From: an uncultured Nitrospiraceae bacterium
GTDB lineage: Bacteria > Nitrospirota > Thermodesulfovibrionia > Thermodesulfovibrionales > UBA6898
Direction of reading: 5' to 3'
Assembly (NCBI GenBank): GCA_963811165.1
Contig: CAWEQH010000008.1
Location: 160,001-224,000 of the forward strand
Length of the DNA: 64,000 bases
In this document: positions 9,888 to 19,691 of the stretch, in pieces
Position numbering within the stretch: the first letter of the stretch is position 1
Layout: every line of letters begins with the position of its first letter
Translations under genes and position numbers: made by a program
Notes under the pieces: generated by a model
The model's input: only the letters and a program-made list of their open reading frames with translations
Databases searched by the model: none
What the model was told of the DNA's origin: nothing

Positions 9888-10286
9888 GTGACTATGGAAA
9901 AGAGGTCTAAAGGGCTTACTGCGATTTGCATAGGACTTTTGCTGATGAGCATGGCATGTGCCGGTCAACAGCCGCTTGTGACGTTAGGACCGGCAAAAGG
10001 CGAAGTCGTCCTTGATATGAAGGCCAGTGATTTCAAATTCGAACCGAACAACATCAAGGCATTCAAGGGAGATGTTATAGTGTTTCGGATCGAGAACACT
10101 TCAGGTTCAGGACATAATTTTACTGTAAAAAATCCCCAAGGAAGTGTCTTGCAAAGCGTGGCACTGCCGCCAAAGGAGACGGTGGAGATCAGGATCGCAC
10201 TTTCCCAAACGGGGATCTATGAGTTCTATTGCGATAAACCGTTTCATTCAGGCTTTGGCATGAAAGGCCGCGTTGAGGTGAATTAA
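9888..10286 (+). CDS. cupredoxin-domain lipoprotein
   Basis: Signal peptide ending MAC; HNF...YEFYCDKPFHSGFGM type-1 copper ligands. Confidence 0.85.
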   Translation: MTMEKRSKGLTAICIGLLLMSMACAGQQPLVTLGPAKGEVVLDMKASDFKFEPNNIKAFKGDVIVFRIENTSGSGHNFTVKNPQGSVLQSVALPPKETVEIRIALSQTGIYEFYCDKPFHSGFGMKGRVEVN

Positions 10287-10299
10287 AGGCCACAACTCC

Positions 10300-10914
10300 G
10301 CGTCGGGACTTCGAATTACAATTTCCTTCACTCAGGAGTCTTGGCAACGGGGCAAGTATTTTCGTTTACCTTTACCCAGCCCGGGACATACTCTTACTTC
10401 TGTTCGATCCATTGTTTCACCGGGACCGTCTTCGTGAACGCCGCCATTATACCCGCACCGGTCGGACGGACTTCTCTTTTTTCTCCCCGGTCGCTACGCC
10501 GGCGTTGGGGTCCAGTAACAGCACTTCGATGCCGATAGGGATCGGTGCGCTGGCCAGTGGCGGCAATACCCTGACCATAGCAATAGACTTGGGCCCCTAG
10601 CGGTCCCCGTGGATGTGTACGCTGCCTTCATTGTCTCAACCAATCCGCTGAACGTAGTGAATATACGTCCGGATCTGACTTTTGAAAACATTACCTTCAG
10701 TGAGGTCGCCCAGGCTCTTTCAACAGGTGTGGTGCCGGCTGGGGTGGTGCCCTGGATGTCTAATATGAGTACCGAGATCAATACCACCCTTTTTTCAAAT
10801 GTCCCTGTCTCGAACATAGCTCCGGGGCAGTATACGGCCTATCTGCTGGTCACTCCCCACGGCGGCAATTTTGCAACCTTTGATCTCTACACGACGATCT
10901 TCACGATTCCATGA
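10300..10914 (+). pseudogene. truncated, frameshifted cupredoxin-domain secreted protein remnant
   Basis: FTFTQPGTYSYFCSIH (plastocyanin-like C-terminus), then a Ser/Thr-rich beta-type domain spread over three frames. No start codon or signal peptide found. Confidence 0.5.
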
Positions 10915-10931
10915 GCCGATAGCATGGGTTC

Positions 10932-10965
10932 CGCGTGGTGGGCCTGCCCGCTCACCACGCGTTTC
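10932..10965 (+). terminator. hairpin / probable terminator
   Basis: CGCGTGGTGGGC-6nt-GCTCACCACGCG followed by TTT. Confidence 0.5.
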
Positions 10966-11070
10966 AGGAGTGCCGGGGGAGGCGCTTGATTTTCCGGGCG
11001 CTCTGGGCCGGCCTTCCATTGTGTGCGCTGCATTTGACTGTAACCGCTTCAAGCGATTATCATATTTTCC

Positions 11071-12324
11071 ATGCTTGCACCTGAAAAACAACTGGAGATT
11101 ATCAAGAGGGGCGCGGTCGAGATAATCAATGAAAAGGAACTGCTTGAAAAAATCGAACGGTCCTATAAAGAAAATAAGCCGCTCAGGATAAAGGCGGGCT
11201 TCGATCCTACGGCGCCGGACATCCACCTCGGCCATACCGTGCTCCTCGAAAAGATGCGCCAGTTCCAGGACCTCGGGCATGAGGTGATCTTTCTCATCGG
11301 CGACTTTACCGGCATGATAGGGGACCCTACCGGAAAGAGCGAGACGAGAAAGCCCCTCACGAAGGAAGAGGTGCTCAAAAACGCCGAGACGTATAAGACA
11401 CAGGTATTCAAGGTGCTCGACCCGGTGAGGACGCAGATACGTTTCAATAGCGAATGGCTCGGCAAGATGGACAGCATGGAGATCGTCAGGCTCGGCGCGA
11501 TGCAGACTGTCGCAAGGATGCTTGAAAGGGACGATTTCAAAAAGAGGTTCAGGAGCCAGCAGGACATCAGCATACTGGAATTCTACTACCCTCTTTTTCA
11601 GGCCTATGACTCTGTAGCCCTCCGGGCCGACGTGGAGCTTGGAGGCACTGACCAGAAATTCAACCTCCTTATGGGCAGGACCGTGCAGAGGAAGATGGAC
11701 ACCGAGGAGCAGGTCGTCCTTATGATGCCGCTTCTTGAGGGCCTCGACGGGGTAAACAAAATGTCAAAGAGCCTCGGCAACTATATCGGCATAGATGAGC
11801 CTGCGGTCGAATTCATAAACGGAGAATTGACCGGGATGTTCAAGAAGGTAATGAGCGTGCCCGATGAGCTCATCGAGCGCTATTATGAACTTCTGAGCAG
11901 GATTTCCGTGGAAGAATTCTCCTTGCTCCGGCAGATGCTGAAAAGCAGGGAGAAAGACCCCCGGGACGCTAAAAAGGAACTTGCAATGGAGATAGTTACC
12001 AGGTATCACGGGCCTGAAGAGGCCGAGAGGGCTCTGAAGGAATATGAGAAATTGCAGACCAAGGAAATACCGGATGATATCCCGGAAATAGTACTCTCAA
12101 TCTCCAATGCGGACGAGGAAGAGAAAAAGAGAATCAGCCGGCTGGCCCATATAATGAAGGAGACCGGCCTGGCCAAAAGCACGAGTGAAGCGATCAGGCT
12201 TATGAAACAAGGCGGAGTAAAGATAAACAATGCCGTCGTCACCGATCCCGAAATGAAACTTTCTCCTGGCGAGCATATTATTAAAGTCGGCAAGAGAAGG
12301 TTTTATAAGGTAATTATAAAATAG
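11071..12324 (+). CDS. tyrS: tyrosine--tRNA ligase
   Basis: [26 protein letters not shown] motifs; C-terminal S4 domain. Confidence 0.98.
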   Translation: MLAPEKQLEIIKRGAVEIINEKELLEKIERSYKENKPLRIKAGFDPTAPDIHLGHTVLLEKMRQFQDLGHEVIFLIGDFTGMIGDPTGKSETRKPLTKEEVLKNAETYKTQVFKVLDPVRTQIRFNSEWLGKMDSMEIVRLGAMQTVARMLERDDFKKRFRSQQDISILEFYYPLFQAYDSVALRADVELGGTDQKFNLLMGRTVQRKMDTEEQVVLMMPLLEGLDGVNKMSKSLGNYIGIDEPAVEFINGELTGMFKKVMSVPDELIERYYELLSRISVEEFSLLRQMLKSREKDPRDAKKELAMEIVTRYHGPEEAERALKEYEKLQTKEIPDDIPEIVLSISNADEEEKKRISRLAHIMKETGLAKSTSEAIRLMKQGGVKINNAVVTDPEMKLSPGEHIIKVGKRRFYKVIIK

Positions 12325-12347
12325 CCTGTTCTCTGATATAATGCATC

Positions 12348-13020
12348 ATGACGGTGCCTTATGAGATCATCTTTAAACTCCTGCTCGGCACTCTTCTTGG
12401 CGGCATTATAGGGTTTGAACGCCAAACCCATGGAAGGGCCGCCGGCTTCAGGACCCAGCTCCTTGTCTGTGTCGCCTGCGTTTTGATAATGATTATCTCC
12501 GAAAGTTATTATGCAAAAAGTGCCGTAAACCCCGAATATACCAGGATCGACCCGACGAGGATCGCGGCAGGTGCGATGACCGGAGTAGGCTTTCTCGGTG
12601 CGGGGGTAATACTTAAGACCGGACTTTCGATACAGGGTCTTACGACCGCGGCATGCATATGGATAGTCTCAGCTATCGGGCTTGCCATCGGCGCAGGGCA
12701 GTATCTTGCCGGCATCGCGGGTTTCGTAATCACATTCTTTTCTCTCTGGGGCCTTCGCATCATGGAGGTGAGGATGCCGCGACTTACTTACCGGTATATT
12801 ACTATGGTGACCGATCAGTCAGCCGATGTGAAGGCGGTGACCTCACCTTTTGAAAAGAGAGGTTTTGAGATAGTGAAGATGGACTACGCGATAGAGTTCT
12901 TCGAAAAAGAGAAGAAGTTTATCTTTACCGTGTCGACCAAAAACGATATCTCGATAAACGAGGTCACTAGACGATGTCTCAGGATTGAGCGGCATAAAGA
13001 GGATCGAAATCAAGAGCTGA
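12348..13020 (+). CDS. MgtC/SapB family membrane protein
   Basis: IGFERQ..GRAAGFRT, DPTRIAA, GFLGAG, GLTTAA. An apparent 1-nt insertion near 12966; the restored end reads LDDVSGLSGIKRIEIKS* at 13020. Confidence 0.88.
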
Positions 13021-13050
13021 TCTTTAGTATGTTCCCCTTTTGGAAATCAT

Positions 13051-13106
13051 AACTCCCCTTAACCCCCTCCTATCTTAAGAGGGGAAAGGCGGAGCCTGGG
13101 GGCGTT
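13051..13106. repeat. palindromic REP-like element, copy 1
   Basis: AACTCCCC...CCCCTCCTA-TCT-TAAGAGGGG...GGGGGCGTT between convergent genes. Confidence 0.6.
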
Positions 13107-13653
13107 ATTTTATAGCCGCTTTTGCAAGTTCGATAAGCCCGTATATCTTGATGTCGATGTAATCGCCTGCTTCCTGCCTTGACCGAAGCTCCGGAAGCAG
13201 ACGGTCCAGGTGGACTTTTATTACCTCGATCTCTTCTGTTTCGTCCCGTTTCCCGATGCCGACATATCTGAGACCTGTAGCCGCGAAGGCCGTAAGCATT
13301 TCCGATGAGAGTCCCGATGAAAGCGGTCCCTCGTTCAGGAAGGACAGCTTTTCCGCGGAATAGCCCGTCTCTTCAATAAGCTCCCTTCGCGCCGCATCTT
13401 CAAGCGTCTCGCCGGGGTCGCAGAGTCCGGCCGGCAGTTCGATTACATACCCATTGACGGGCGGCCGGAACTGGCGGATTACTATCACCTCCCCATCGTC
13501 GGTGAAAGGAACGATTCCTACTATGCCGTCACAGCCTACCCGTTCTACCGCTTCCCACTCACGTGACGTCCTGCCCGACCTGTCAAGATATCGGACCTGG
13601 ACGGCCCTGAGGAACTTCCCTTCCCAAAGGATGGTTTTTCCGGTCACCTTCAC
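13105..13653 (-). CDS. NUDIX hydrolase (ADP-ribose pyrophosphatase-like)
   Basis: RQFRPP..ELPAGL.DPGE....AARRELIEETG Nudix box. Confidence 0.92.
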   Translation of the reverse strand: MKVTGKTILWEGKFLRAVQVRYLDRSGRTSREWEAVERVGCDGIVGIVPFTDDGEVIVIRQFRPPVNGYVIELPAGLCDPGETLEDAARRELIEETGYSAEKLSFLNEGPLSSGLSSEMLTAFAATGLRYVGIGKRDETEEIEVIKVHLDRLLPELRSRQEAGDYIDIKIYGLIELAKAAIK

Positions 13654-13666
13654 TGCCTACGACCCT

Positions 13667-13864
13667 TTAACAAAGGCTGAGCGCCTTCTTAAAAAGGCCG
13701 TCCATAGCCGCGGTCTCGTCCGCAATTTTTATCAGAAGAGCGGCCAATTCTTTCTTACCCAGAGACTCCGCCTTTCTTGCCCAGTCCCGGTATGTCTTTT
13801 CGTGCTCCGTGTTGTGCTCTGCCCAGTGTTCGATCAGATGATGCAGTTTTGTTATTTCATCCAT
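13667..13864 (-). CDS. small His-rich helical protein (in frame with the upstream ATPase, own RBS)
   Basis: AGGAGGAG RBS before ATG 13864; LHHLIEHWAEHNTEH motif. Confidence 0.6.
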   Translation of the reverse strand: MDEITKLHHLIEHWAEHNTEHEKTYRDWARKAESLGKKELAALLIKIADETAAMDGLFKKALSLC

Positions 13865-14617
13865 AGCTCCTCCTAACGATATATTTCTTTTTTGGAATGA
13901 CAACGGCAGCTCAAGGTTGTTTTCTTCAAGGAGCTGCCTGTTTGACAGAAGTTCCTCTGCAGGCCCGTCGGCAATGACTTTCCCTGCTTGGATGATAACG
14001 CACCGCTTGCAGACATCCAAAATGAGATCGAGGTCATGCGAAGCGATTATTTTTGTATGGTGAAAATGCCTCAGCAGATTGATCAGTGCCCTCCTCGACT
14101 TAGGGTCAAGATGGGAGGCGGGTTCGTCCATCACGAGGATGTCGGGCTGCATGGCAATGACCGAAGCGATGGCAACAGCGCTTTTTTGCCCCCCCGAGAG
14201 ATGATGCGGCGGCTTGTCCCTGAGACCGAGGCAGCCTACGGTTTCGAGCGCCTCGTCGACGCATTCCCTGGCCCTTTCTGGGCTGAGACCGAGATTGAGC
14301 GGGCCGAAGGCTACATCGTCGAAGACCGTCGGCATGAATAACTGGTCATCGGGGTTTTGGAATATAAGGCCCACCTTTTTCCTGATTTCCTGCCTGGTTT
14401 TCTTATCCAGCCTCAGGTCCCCGATCGTGATACTGCCGCGTTGGGGCAGCAGGAAACCGTTGGTATGCATGAGGAGGGTTGATTTGCCCGAGCCGTTTGC
14501 GCCGACTATGCCCACGGACTCGCCGTGGGTAACCCGCAGGGACAGGCCATCAAGCGCCTTTGTCCCGTCGGGGTATCGGTACTGCACGTCCCGGAATTCG
14601 ACGATATGGTGGCTCAT
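13667..14617 (-). CDS. cbiO: Co/Ni ECF transporter ATPase (CbiO/NikO type)
   Basis: GANGSGKST, FQNPDDQLF, LSGGQ, MDEP motifs. The ATPase domain ends near 13900 and the ORF reads on into the small His-rich domain. Confidence 0.88.
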   Translation of the reverse strand: MSHHIVEFRDVQYRYPDGTKALDGLSLRVTHGESVGIVGANGSGKSTLLMHTNGFLLPQRGSITIGDLRLDKKTRQEIRKKVGLIFQNPDDQLFMPTVFDDVAFGPLNLGLSPERARECVDEALETVGCLGLRDKPPHHLSGGQKSAVAIASVIAMQPDILVMDEPASHLDPKSRRALINLLRHFHHTKIIASHDLDLILDVCKRCVIIQAGKVIADGPAEELLSNRQLLEENNLELPLSFQKRNISLGGAMDEITKLHHLIEHWAEHNTEHEKTYRDWARKAESLGKKELAALLIKIADETAAMDGLFKKALSLC

Positions 14618-14624
14618 GAATTTC

Positions 14625-15428
14625 TCAAAACACCCTTATTGAAAGTCTTTCTATCGCTCCTACCACATCATGTGCCCTGAATAGATACAGCACCGCGATC
14701 GTCGCCAAAAGAAAAGCGGCATCAGAGCCGGAGAATCCCTGCTGCTTTGCGGTATGAAGCGGGCCGGTGAATCCCCTGGACAGCATCGCCAGGTAGACCC
14801 GTTCGGCCCGTTCGATAGTCCTCAGGAAAAGTGTCCCGACGAGACTGACAAATGTCTTCATCCCCTTCCCCTTGTTTCCGAAGGAGCGCATGTCACGCGC
14901 TCTCACTGTCTTCATGGCCTCTTCCACCAGCACGAAGATGTAGCGGTAAAGAAACAGGAGCTGGGCCACGAATATATCCGGCAAGCCGAGTTTCTGGAGT
15001 CCATGGCATACACCGGGGAATGATGTGGTGGCGATGAGCAGCAAGGCGGAGGTAATCGTGAGGAAGAATTTCAGCATGATCGAAAGGAATGAGACCCATC
15101 CTCCCGAGATGGTGAACCCGGAGAAGGCATAGAAGGCGTGGCGGTCGAGCAAAGGGTTGAAGATCCCTACGAAGAAGGCGAACGATGATACAAGGAACAC
15201 CTTTTTAAGGATGAATCGAACGGGGATGTCTGCAAGCGCAAAAAGAAGGACGGGAAAGAGAAAAAAAGGCAGCAAGCCGGAGATCTCGTACTTGGGAAAA
15301 GAGACAACTGTTACGATAAATGCGAAAGTCGCCAGCAGTTTTGTTCTTGGGTCGAGTCTATGGATTAGCGTGTCTTTAGATGATAATGTGTCGAGATAGC
15401 CCAGGTTGAAATATTCGTTTTCAAACAT
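14625..15428 (-). CDS. cbiQ: Co/Ni ECF transporter T component
   Basis: HRLDPRTK, YRYIFVL, RAERVYLAMLSRGF motifs. Confidence 0.92.
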   Translation of the reverse strand: MFENEYFNLGYLDTLSSKDTLIHRLDPRTKLLATFAFIVTVVSFPKYEISGLLPFFLFPVLLFALADIPVRFILKKVFLVSSFAFFVGIFNPLLDRHAFYAFSGFTISGGWVSFLSIMLKFFLTITSALLLIATTSFPGVCHGLQKLGLPDIFVAQLLFLYRYIFVLVEEAMKTVRARDMRSFGNKGKGMKTFVSLVGTLFLRTIERAERVYLAMLSRGFTGPLHTAKQQGFSGSDAAFLLATIAVLYLFRAHDVVGAIERLSIRVF

Positions 15429-15514
15429 GTCAATATTGTACCTGCAAAAGAGATGTCCTCACAAAGAGTTCAGTTTTCTTATTAATCGTCTCGTGATGGG
15501 AAAGACATTATCCA

Positions 15515-15620
15515 AAAATCTCCCCACCCCCTCTTTGCTAAAGAGGGGCATAATTCCTCCCTTTTTCTCCCCGGCGGACCCACCCGTGTGCGGGGGCAAA
15601 GGGAGGGCAGGAGGGATTTT
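15515..15620. repeat. double-hairpin palindromic element, copy 2, between cbiM and cbiQ
   Basis: Terminal IR AAAATC../..GATTTT. Hairpins CCCCTCTTT-GCT-AAAGAGGGG and CCTCCCTTT-33nt-AAAGGGAGG. Confidence 0.75.
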
Positions 15621-15655
15621 ATAAATTAATGTCCGCAAATAATCAGTGGTAGGGA

Positions 15656-16705
15656 TCATTTCGCCTGTTGTGCCGCCTTCCTTCTAAGCCCCCGGATTAC
15701 CAATCCTATGAGAAGGACGGCAGCTAATACTATGGCGGAGCCGACAATTCCTGACACTGACTTGCCGGGGTTAGGCGCAGGCCAGGAGGGCCCTGCCTTT
15801 CCTTCTTCAGCTCCTTCAGGTTTCTTAAAGCCATAGTCAGGCAGGAAGACCGCTTTATTCTGGACTGACTTCAGCGCCGACGCTATCGCGCTCACCTTTT
15901 CCGGAAGCTCCGGTTTTCCGAAGATCTCTTTTATCGACCATTCAAGGCCGTCTGGGTTGGAAGATGCAAGCCATGAAAGCGCCCCGCCGGTGAGCAAAGC
16001 AGCAACCAACAAAGCGACAAAGACCTTTTTGATCGAAACATGAGCGGAAAGCCGATGTTCGGCCGTAACGCCTTCGAGTATCTCAGGCCGTGCAGCCCTG
16101 ACGAAATTGATCACCCCTGCCGTCACAAAGCCTTCGACAAGACCGATGCCAAGATGGATGGGCTGCATCAAAAGGAGAAAGGTGCTGAAAGGAAGCTCGC
16201 TTCTGCCCGACAGCAACGTTTCGATAACTACGGAGAAAGCCCCTAACTGGAGTCCGACCACGCCGCTTATTACGGCAGCTATCGTAATCCTTTTTGGGGT
16301 AATTTCCGACCCGACTAACGGTTTGTAAATTAGAGGATAGGCGATGAAACAAGGGTATATGCCAAGGTTCCATATGTTGCAGCCTAGCGCAAGGAGCCCT
16401 CCGTCGGCAAAAAAGAATGCCTGGACGGTCAGTACCGAGGCCATGACGAGAAAAGCGGCATACGGCCCTAAAATGACCGCGAGAATAATTCCCCCGCCAA
16501 GGTGGCCGCTTGATCCTGTGCCGGGAATCGTGAAATTAATCATCTGTGCGGCGAAGATGAAAGCGCCTAAAACCCCCATGAGGGGTATCAGCTTCTCATC
16601 CATAGTCTCTTTTAGTTTTTTCGAGCAGTACGAGATAGCCCCCAGCGTGCCTGCCCAAAATGTGGCTCCGACCGCCGGTGAGAGTAACGCATCAGCCATG
16701 TGCAT
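15656..16705 (-). CDS. cbiM: Co/Ni ECF substrate component CbiM/NikM fused to a PDGLE (NikN-like) domain
   Basis: MHMADA N-terminus, GSSGHLGG, FADGG, ASSNPDGLEW motifs. Confidence 0.92.
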   Translation of the reverse strand: MHMADALLSPAVGATFWAGTLGAISYCSKKLKETMDEKLIPLMGVLGAFIFAAQMINFTIPGTGSSGHLGGGIILAVILGPYAAFLVMASVLTVQAFFFADGGLLALGCNIWNLGIYPCFIAYPLIYKPLVGSEITPKRITIAAVISGVVGLQLGAFSVVIETLLSGRSELPFSTFLLLMQPIHLGIGLVEGFVTAGVINFVRAARPEILEGVTAEHRLSAHVSIKKVFVALLVAALLTGGALSWLASSNPDGLEWSIKEIFGKPELPEKVSAIASALKSVQNKAVFLPDYGFKKPEGAEEGKAGPSWPAPNPGKSVSGIVGSAIVLAAVLLIGLVIRGLRRKAAQQAK

Positions 16706-16749
16706 GTATTCTCCTATCCGCTGCAAACTGCAACTTCTTGTTTTGGAAA

Positions 16750-16815
16750 TAAAAAAGCCACCAAGGCATTATCGAATAGGACCTGCGGTCCTTTTTCGAG
16801 CCTTCGTGGCTTCGA
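16750..16815 (-). promoter_or_regulatory. leader hairpin with U-tract (candidate attenuator or cis-regulatory RNA)
   Basis: Minus strand reads AAGCCACGAAGGC-TCGAA-AA-AGGACC-GCA-GGTCCT-A-TTCGA-TAAT-GCCTTGGTGGCTT-TTTT. Confidence 0.7.
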
Positions 16816-16827
16816 TATTCCAGTAAC

Positions 16828-16856
16828 ATCCTAGCATAACGGGAACGATTATTCAA
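16828..16856 (-). promoter_or_regulatory. sigma70 promoter of the cbiMQO operon
   Basis: TTGAAT-17 nt-TAGGAT with extended -10 TGn on the minus strand. Confidence 0.6.
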
Positions 16857-17017
16857 ATTTCAGGGGAGTGTACTGTTTTTAAGTTAGGACACTCCCAATT
16901 TCAGGCGCTTCTGGGCTGTCTGCAGATTCGGCCAATTAAAAGAGTGGTTTATGTTAAAATATTTGGTAACCTCTCAAAAGAGAAATTACACGATTGGACA
17001 ATCATATAAATAAAAGG

Positions 17018-18508
17018 ATGCGCGGAAAGACCCGGAGGGCCGGGCCGCATTCTATTACTCCGGGAAGATGCCCCTGCCGTCCTCTCAATGAAGAACACGA
17101 CGGGATATTTGCGGACAAACTTCATGAGGAATGCGGGGTCTTCGGTATTTTCGGCCATCCCGAGGCGGCAAATCTCACGTATCTCGGATTATACGCGCTT
17201 CAGCACAGGGGACAGGAGAGCGCGGGGATATGTTCCGCCGACGGCAAGCAGATGTTTGTGGAGAAGGCGATGGGCCTTGTGGCGGACATATTCAGTGAAA
17301 AGAGACTGAAAAAACTCCCCGGGCATATGGCAATCGGCCATAACCGGTATTCAACAGCCGGCAGCAGTATCCTTAAAAACGTCCAGCCGATCGTCGCAAA
17401 TTTTTCCCTCGGCATGCTGGCACTTGCGCATAACGGCAACCTTGTGAATGCCACCGAACTCAGAAAGACCCTTGAAGAAGAGGGTGCGATCTTTCAGTCC
17501 ACCTCCGACAGCGAAGTAATCGTCCATCTTATCGCGCATTCCAAAGGCGAGAGCTTTTATGAGAGGGTCATCCAGGCGTTGAAGGCGGTCAGCGGCGCCT
17601 TCAGTCTCCTTATCCTCAGGGAAAATGAGCTTATTGCCGCCAGAGACAGCTATGGCGTGAGACCTCTTTGTCTCGGCCAGGTCGATGGGGCTTATGTCGT
17701 TGCATCTGAGACCTGCGCACTCGACCTGATCAGCGCAAAGTATGTGCGCGACATCGAGCCAGGCGAGGTCGTCATTATAAACGAAAAAGGTATTACGTCC
17801 CTTAAGGCCCTGCCGAGCACCGAAAAGGCATTCTGCATCTTCGAGTTTATTTATTTTTCGAGGCCCGACAGCAATATATTCGGCGGGCAGAACGTAAACG
17901 GCATAAGGAAGGAATTCGGGAGGCAGCTTGCGAGGGAATCGAAGGTTGAAGCCGACCTTGTGATCCCGGTCCCGGACTCGGGCGTGCCCGCAGCCCTGGG
18001 GTTTTCCGAGGAGAGCGGGATCCCCTTTGATTTCGGTCTCATCAGAAACCATTATATCGGCAGGACCTTTATCGAGCCGAAGCAGAGCATCAGGCATTTC
18101 GGGGTGAAGATAAAACTGAACCCCGTAAGGAAGCTTATCGAGGGGAAAAGGATCGTCGTCATCGACGATTCGATAGTCAGGGGGACGACGAGCAAAAAGA
18201 TCGTCAAGATGCTCAGGGAAAACGGGGGTGCGGCTGAGGTCCATCTGAGGATAAGTTCTCCTCCCACCATCATGCCTTGTTTTTACGGGATCGATACGCC
18301 TACACGCCAGGAGCTGATCGCCTCGAGCCACGATGTCGAGGAGATAAAGAAATATGTGACCGCTGATTCTCTGGCGTACCTGAGCATAGAGGGGCTTCTC
18401 CAAATAGTCCCTGATTCGCAGAACTACTGTACCGCCTGTTTTGACAACGTCTACCCGATCAGTTTCCCGGGGGAACACCTGGAGCAACTGGAGTTCTTTT
18501 TTAAATAA
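17018..18508 (+). CDS. purF: amidophosphoribosyltransferase
   Basis: [43 protein letters not shown] motifs. Start uncertain. Confidence 0.96.
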   Translation: MRGKTRRAGPHSITPGRCPCRPLNEEHDGIFADKLHEECGVFGIFGHPEAANLTYLGLYALQHRGQESAGICSADGKQMFVEKAMGLVADIFSEKRLKKLPGHMAIGHNRYSTAGSSILKNVQPIVANFSLGMLALAHNGNLVNATELRKTLEEEGAIFQSTSDSEVIVHLIAHSKGESFYERVIQALKAVSGAFSLLILRENELIAARDSYGVRPLCLGQVDGAYVVASETCALDLISAKYVRDIEPGEVVIINEKGITSLKALPSTEKAFCIFEFIYFSRPDSNIFGGQNVNGIRKEFGRQLARESKVEADLVIPVPDSGVPAALGFSEESGIPFDFGLIRNHYIGRTFIEPKQSIRHFGVKIKLNPVRKLIEGKRIVVIDDSIVRGTTSKKIVKMLRENGGAAEVHLRISSPPTIMPCFYGIDTPTRQELIASSHDVEEIKKYVTADSLAYLSIEGLLQIVPDSQNYCTACFDNVYPISFPGEHLEQLEFFFK

Positions 18509-18557
18509 AAAGGGCAGGTGCCTTCACACCTGATTGTCCGGTTTCAAGGAGGGAATC

Positions 18558-19691
18558 GTGATCACTTCGGTGCTGAGAGATATATTCAGGGTCAATCTCG
18601 GAGTGAAGAGGACCGAAAGGTGTCTCATATTTACCGATCTGGTCCCCTCAACAGGGGAGATCCCGCTGGCCGAGGCCGAAAAAAGGTCCAAACTCAAATG
18701 CATCGCGTTTTTTGCCTCTGAGATCGGGAAAACTTTTGCGAAAGAAGTTTATATGAGAGACTTCCCGTCGACCGGCAGCCACGGCGCAGAACCGCCGGCT
18801 GAAATCTGGAGGGCTGCATTCGGAGAAAGGGCCGTTAAGGAGATGGGGAATAAGGGACTTCTTGGACCGCTCCTTGAGAAAAGGGCCGGCGACGCGGAGA
18901 TCGGCAAGGCCGAGGCGGTCCTCGGGAGGTTTAAGAAGGATGCCGTGGATGTAGTCGTTGCACTTTCCTACTTTTCAACAAGCCACACCCGATTCAGGGA
19001 CCTTCTGACCCGGATCTGCGGGACCCGGTATGTGAGTATGCCGCTTTTCGAATTTTCGATGCTCGAAGGTCCTATGAACGTCGACTGGAAGGGACTTGCG
19101 AAGATTTCGGGAAAAATCGCCGGCATGATTAATAAGGCAGAAGGGGTGGAGATCAATACCCCTAACGGCACGAAGCTGTCCTTTTCCATTAAGGGCAGGA
19201 AAGCCCTCGCCGACACGGGCATATTGACCAAGCCGGGGTCCTTCGGCAACCTCCCCGCAGGGGAAGTGTTTCTGGCGCCTGTAGAGGGCAGTGCACACGG
19301 AAGGCTCGTACTTGAATGGGCCCCCACGAGGGAACTCTCCTCTGCCGTTGTCCTGGTCGTAAAGCAAGGCGCTGTCAAAGAAATAATCGGGGATGAAGAC
19401 TTTGCCCATGAGTTGAAAAGAAGGTTGTCCGAGAGAGAGGAAAACCGCAATATCGCTGAATTCGGCATAGGGACGAATGAGAAGGCGAAAAGGCCCGACA
19501 ACATCCTTGAGTCTGAAAAGATAATGGGCACAATCCATATAGCCCTCGGAGACAACAGCACATTCGGCGGCAAGGTAAAGACGCCTTTCCACCAGGATTT
19601 TGTTTTTTTTAAGCCGACTGTTTTGCTTGTCCATAAAGATGGGAGCAAATCAACGTTGATGAAGAAAGGGAAATTACAGGTGGCGTCATGA
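18558..19691 (+). CDS. aminopeptidase (M29-like)
   Basis: GNLPAGEVFLAP, IAEFGIGTN, ESEKIMGTIHIALGDN, HQDF motifs; GGAGG before GTG. Confidence 0.85.
   Translation: MITSVLRDIFRVNLGVKRTERCLIFTDLVPSTGEIPLAEAEKRSKLKCIAFFASEIGKTFAKEVYMRDFPSTGSHGAEPPAEIWRAAFGERAVKEMGNKGLLGPLLEKRAGDAEIGKAEAVLGRFKKDAVDVVVALSYFSTSHTRFRDLLTRICGTRYVSMPLFEFSMLEGPMNVDWKGLAKISGKIAGMINKAEGVEINTPNGTKLSFSIKGRKALADTGILTKPGSFGNLPAGEVFLAPVEGSAHGRLVLEWAPTRELSSAVVLVVKQGAVKEIIGDEDFAHELKRRLSEREENRNIAEFGIGTNEKAKRPDNILESEKIMGTIHIALGDNSTFGGKVKTPFHQDFVFFKPTVLLVHKDGSKSTLMKKGKLQVAS

Noticed and set aside
10915..11070. T-box upstream of tyrS
   Set aside because: No GGTGGNACCGCG T-box sequence and no room for stem I; only a terminator-like hairpin is present.
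15459..15659. 66-aa ORF between cbiM and cbiQ as cbiN
   Set aside because: It is only the translation of the palindromic repeat. It has no TM segments, and the N-like domain is already fused to CbiM.
17351..18487. Long antisense ORFs (also 47490-48752, 50945-51787, 7281-8069)
   Set aside because: They are shadows of well-supported genes on the other strand and carry no recognisable motifs.
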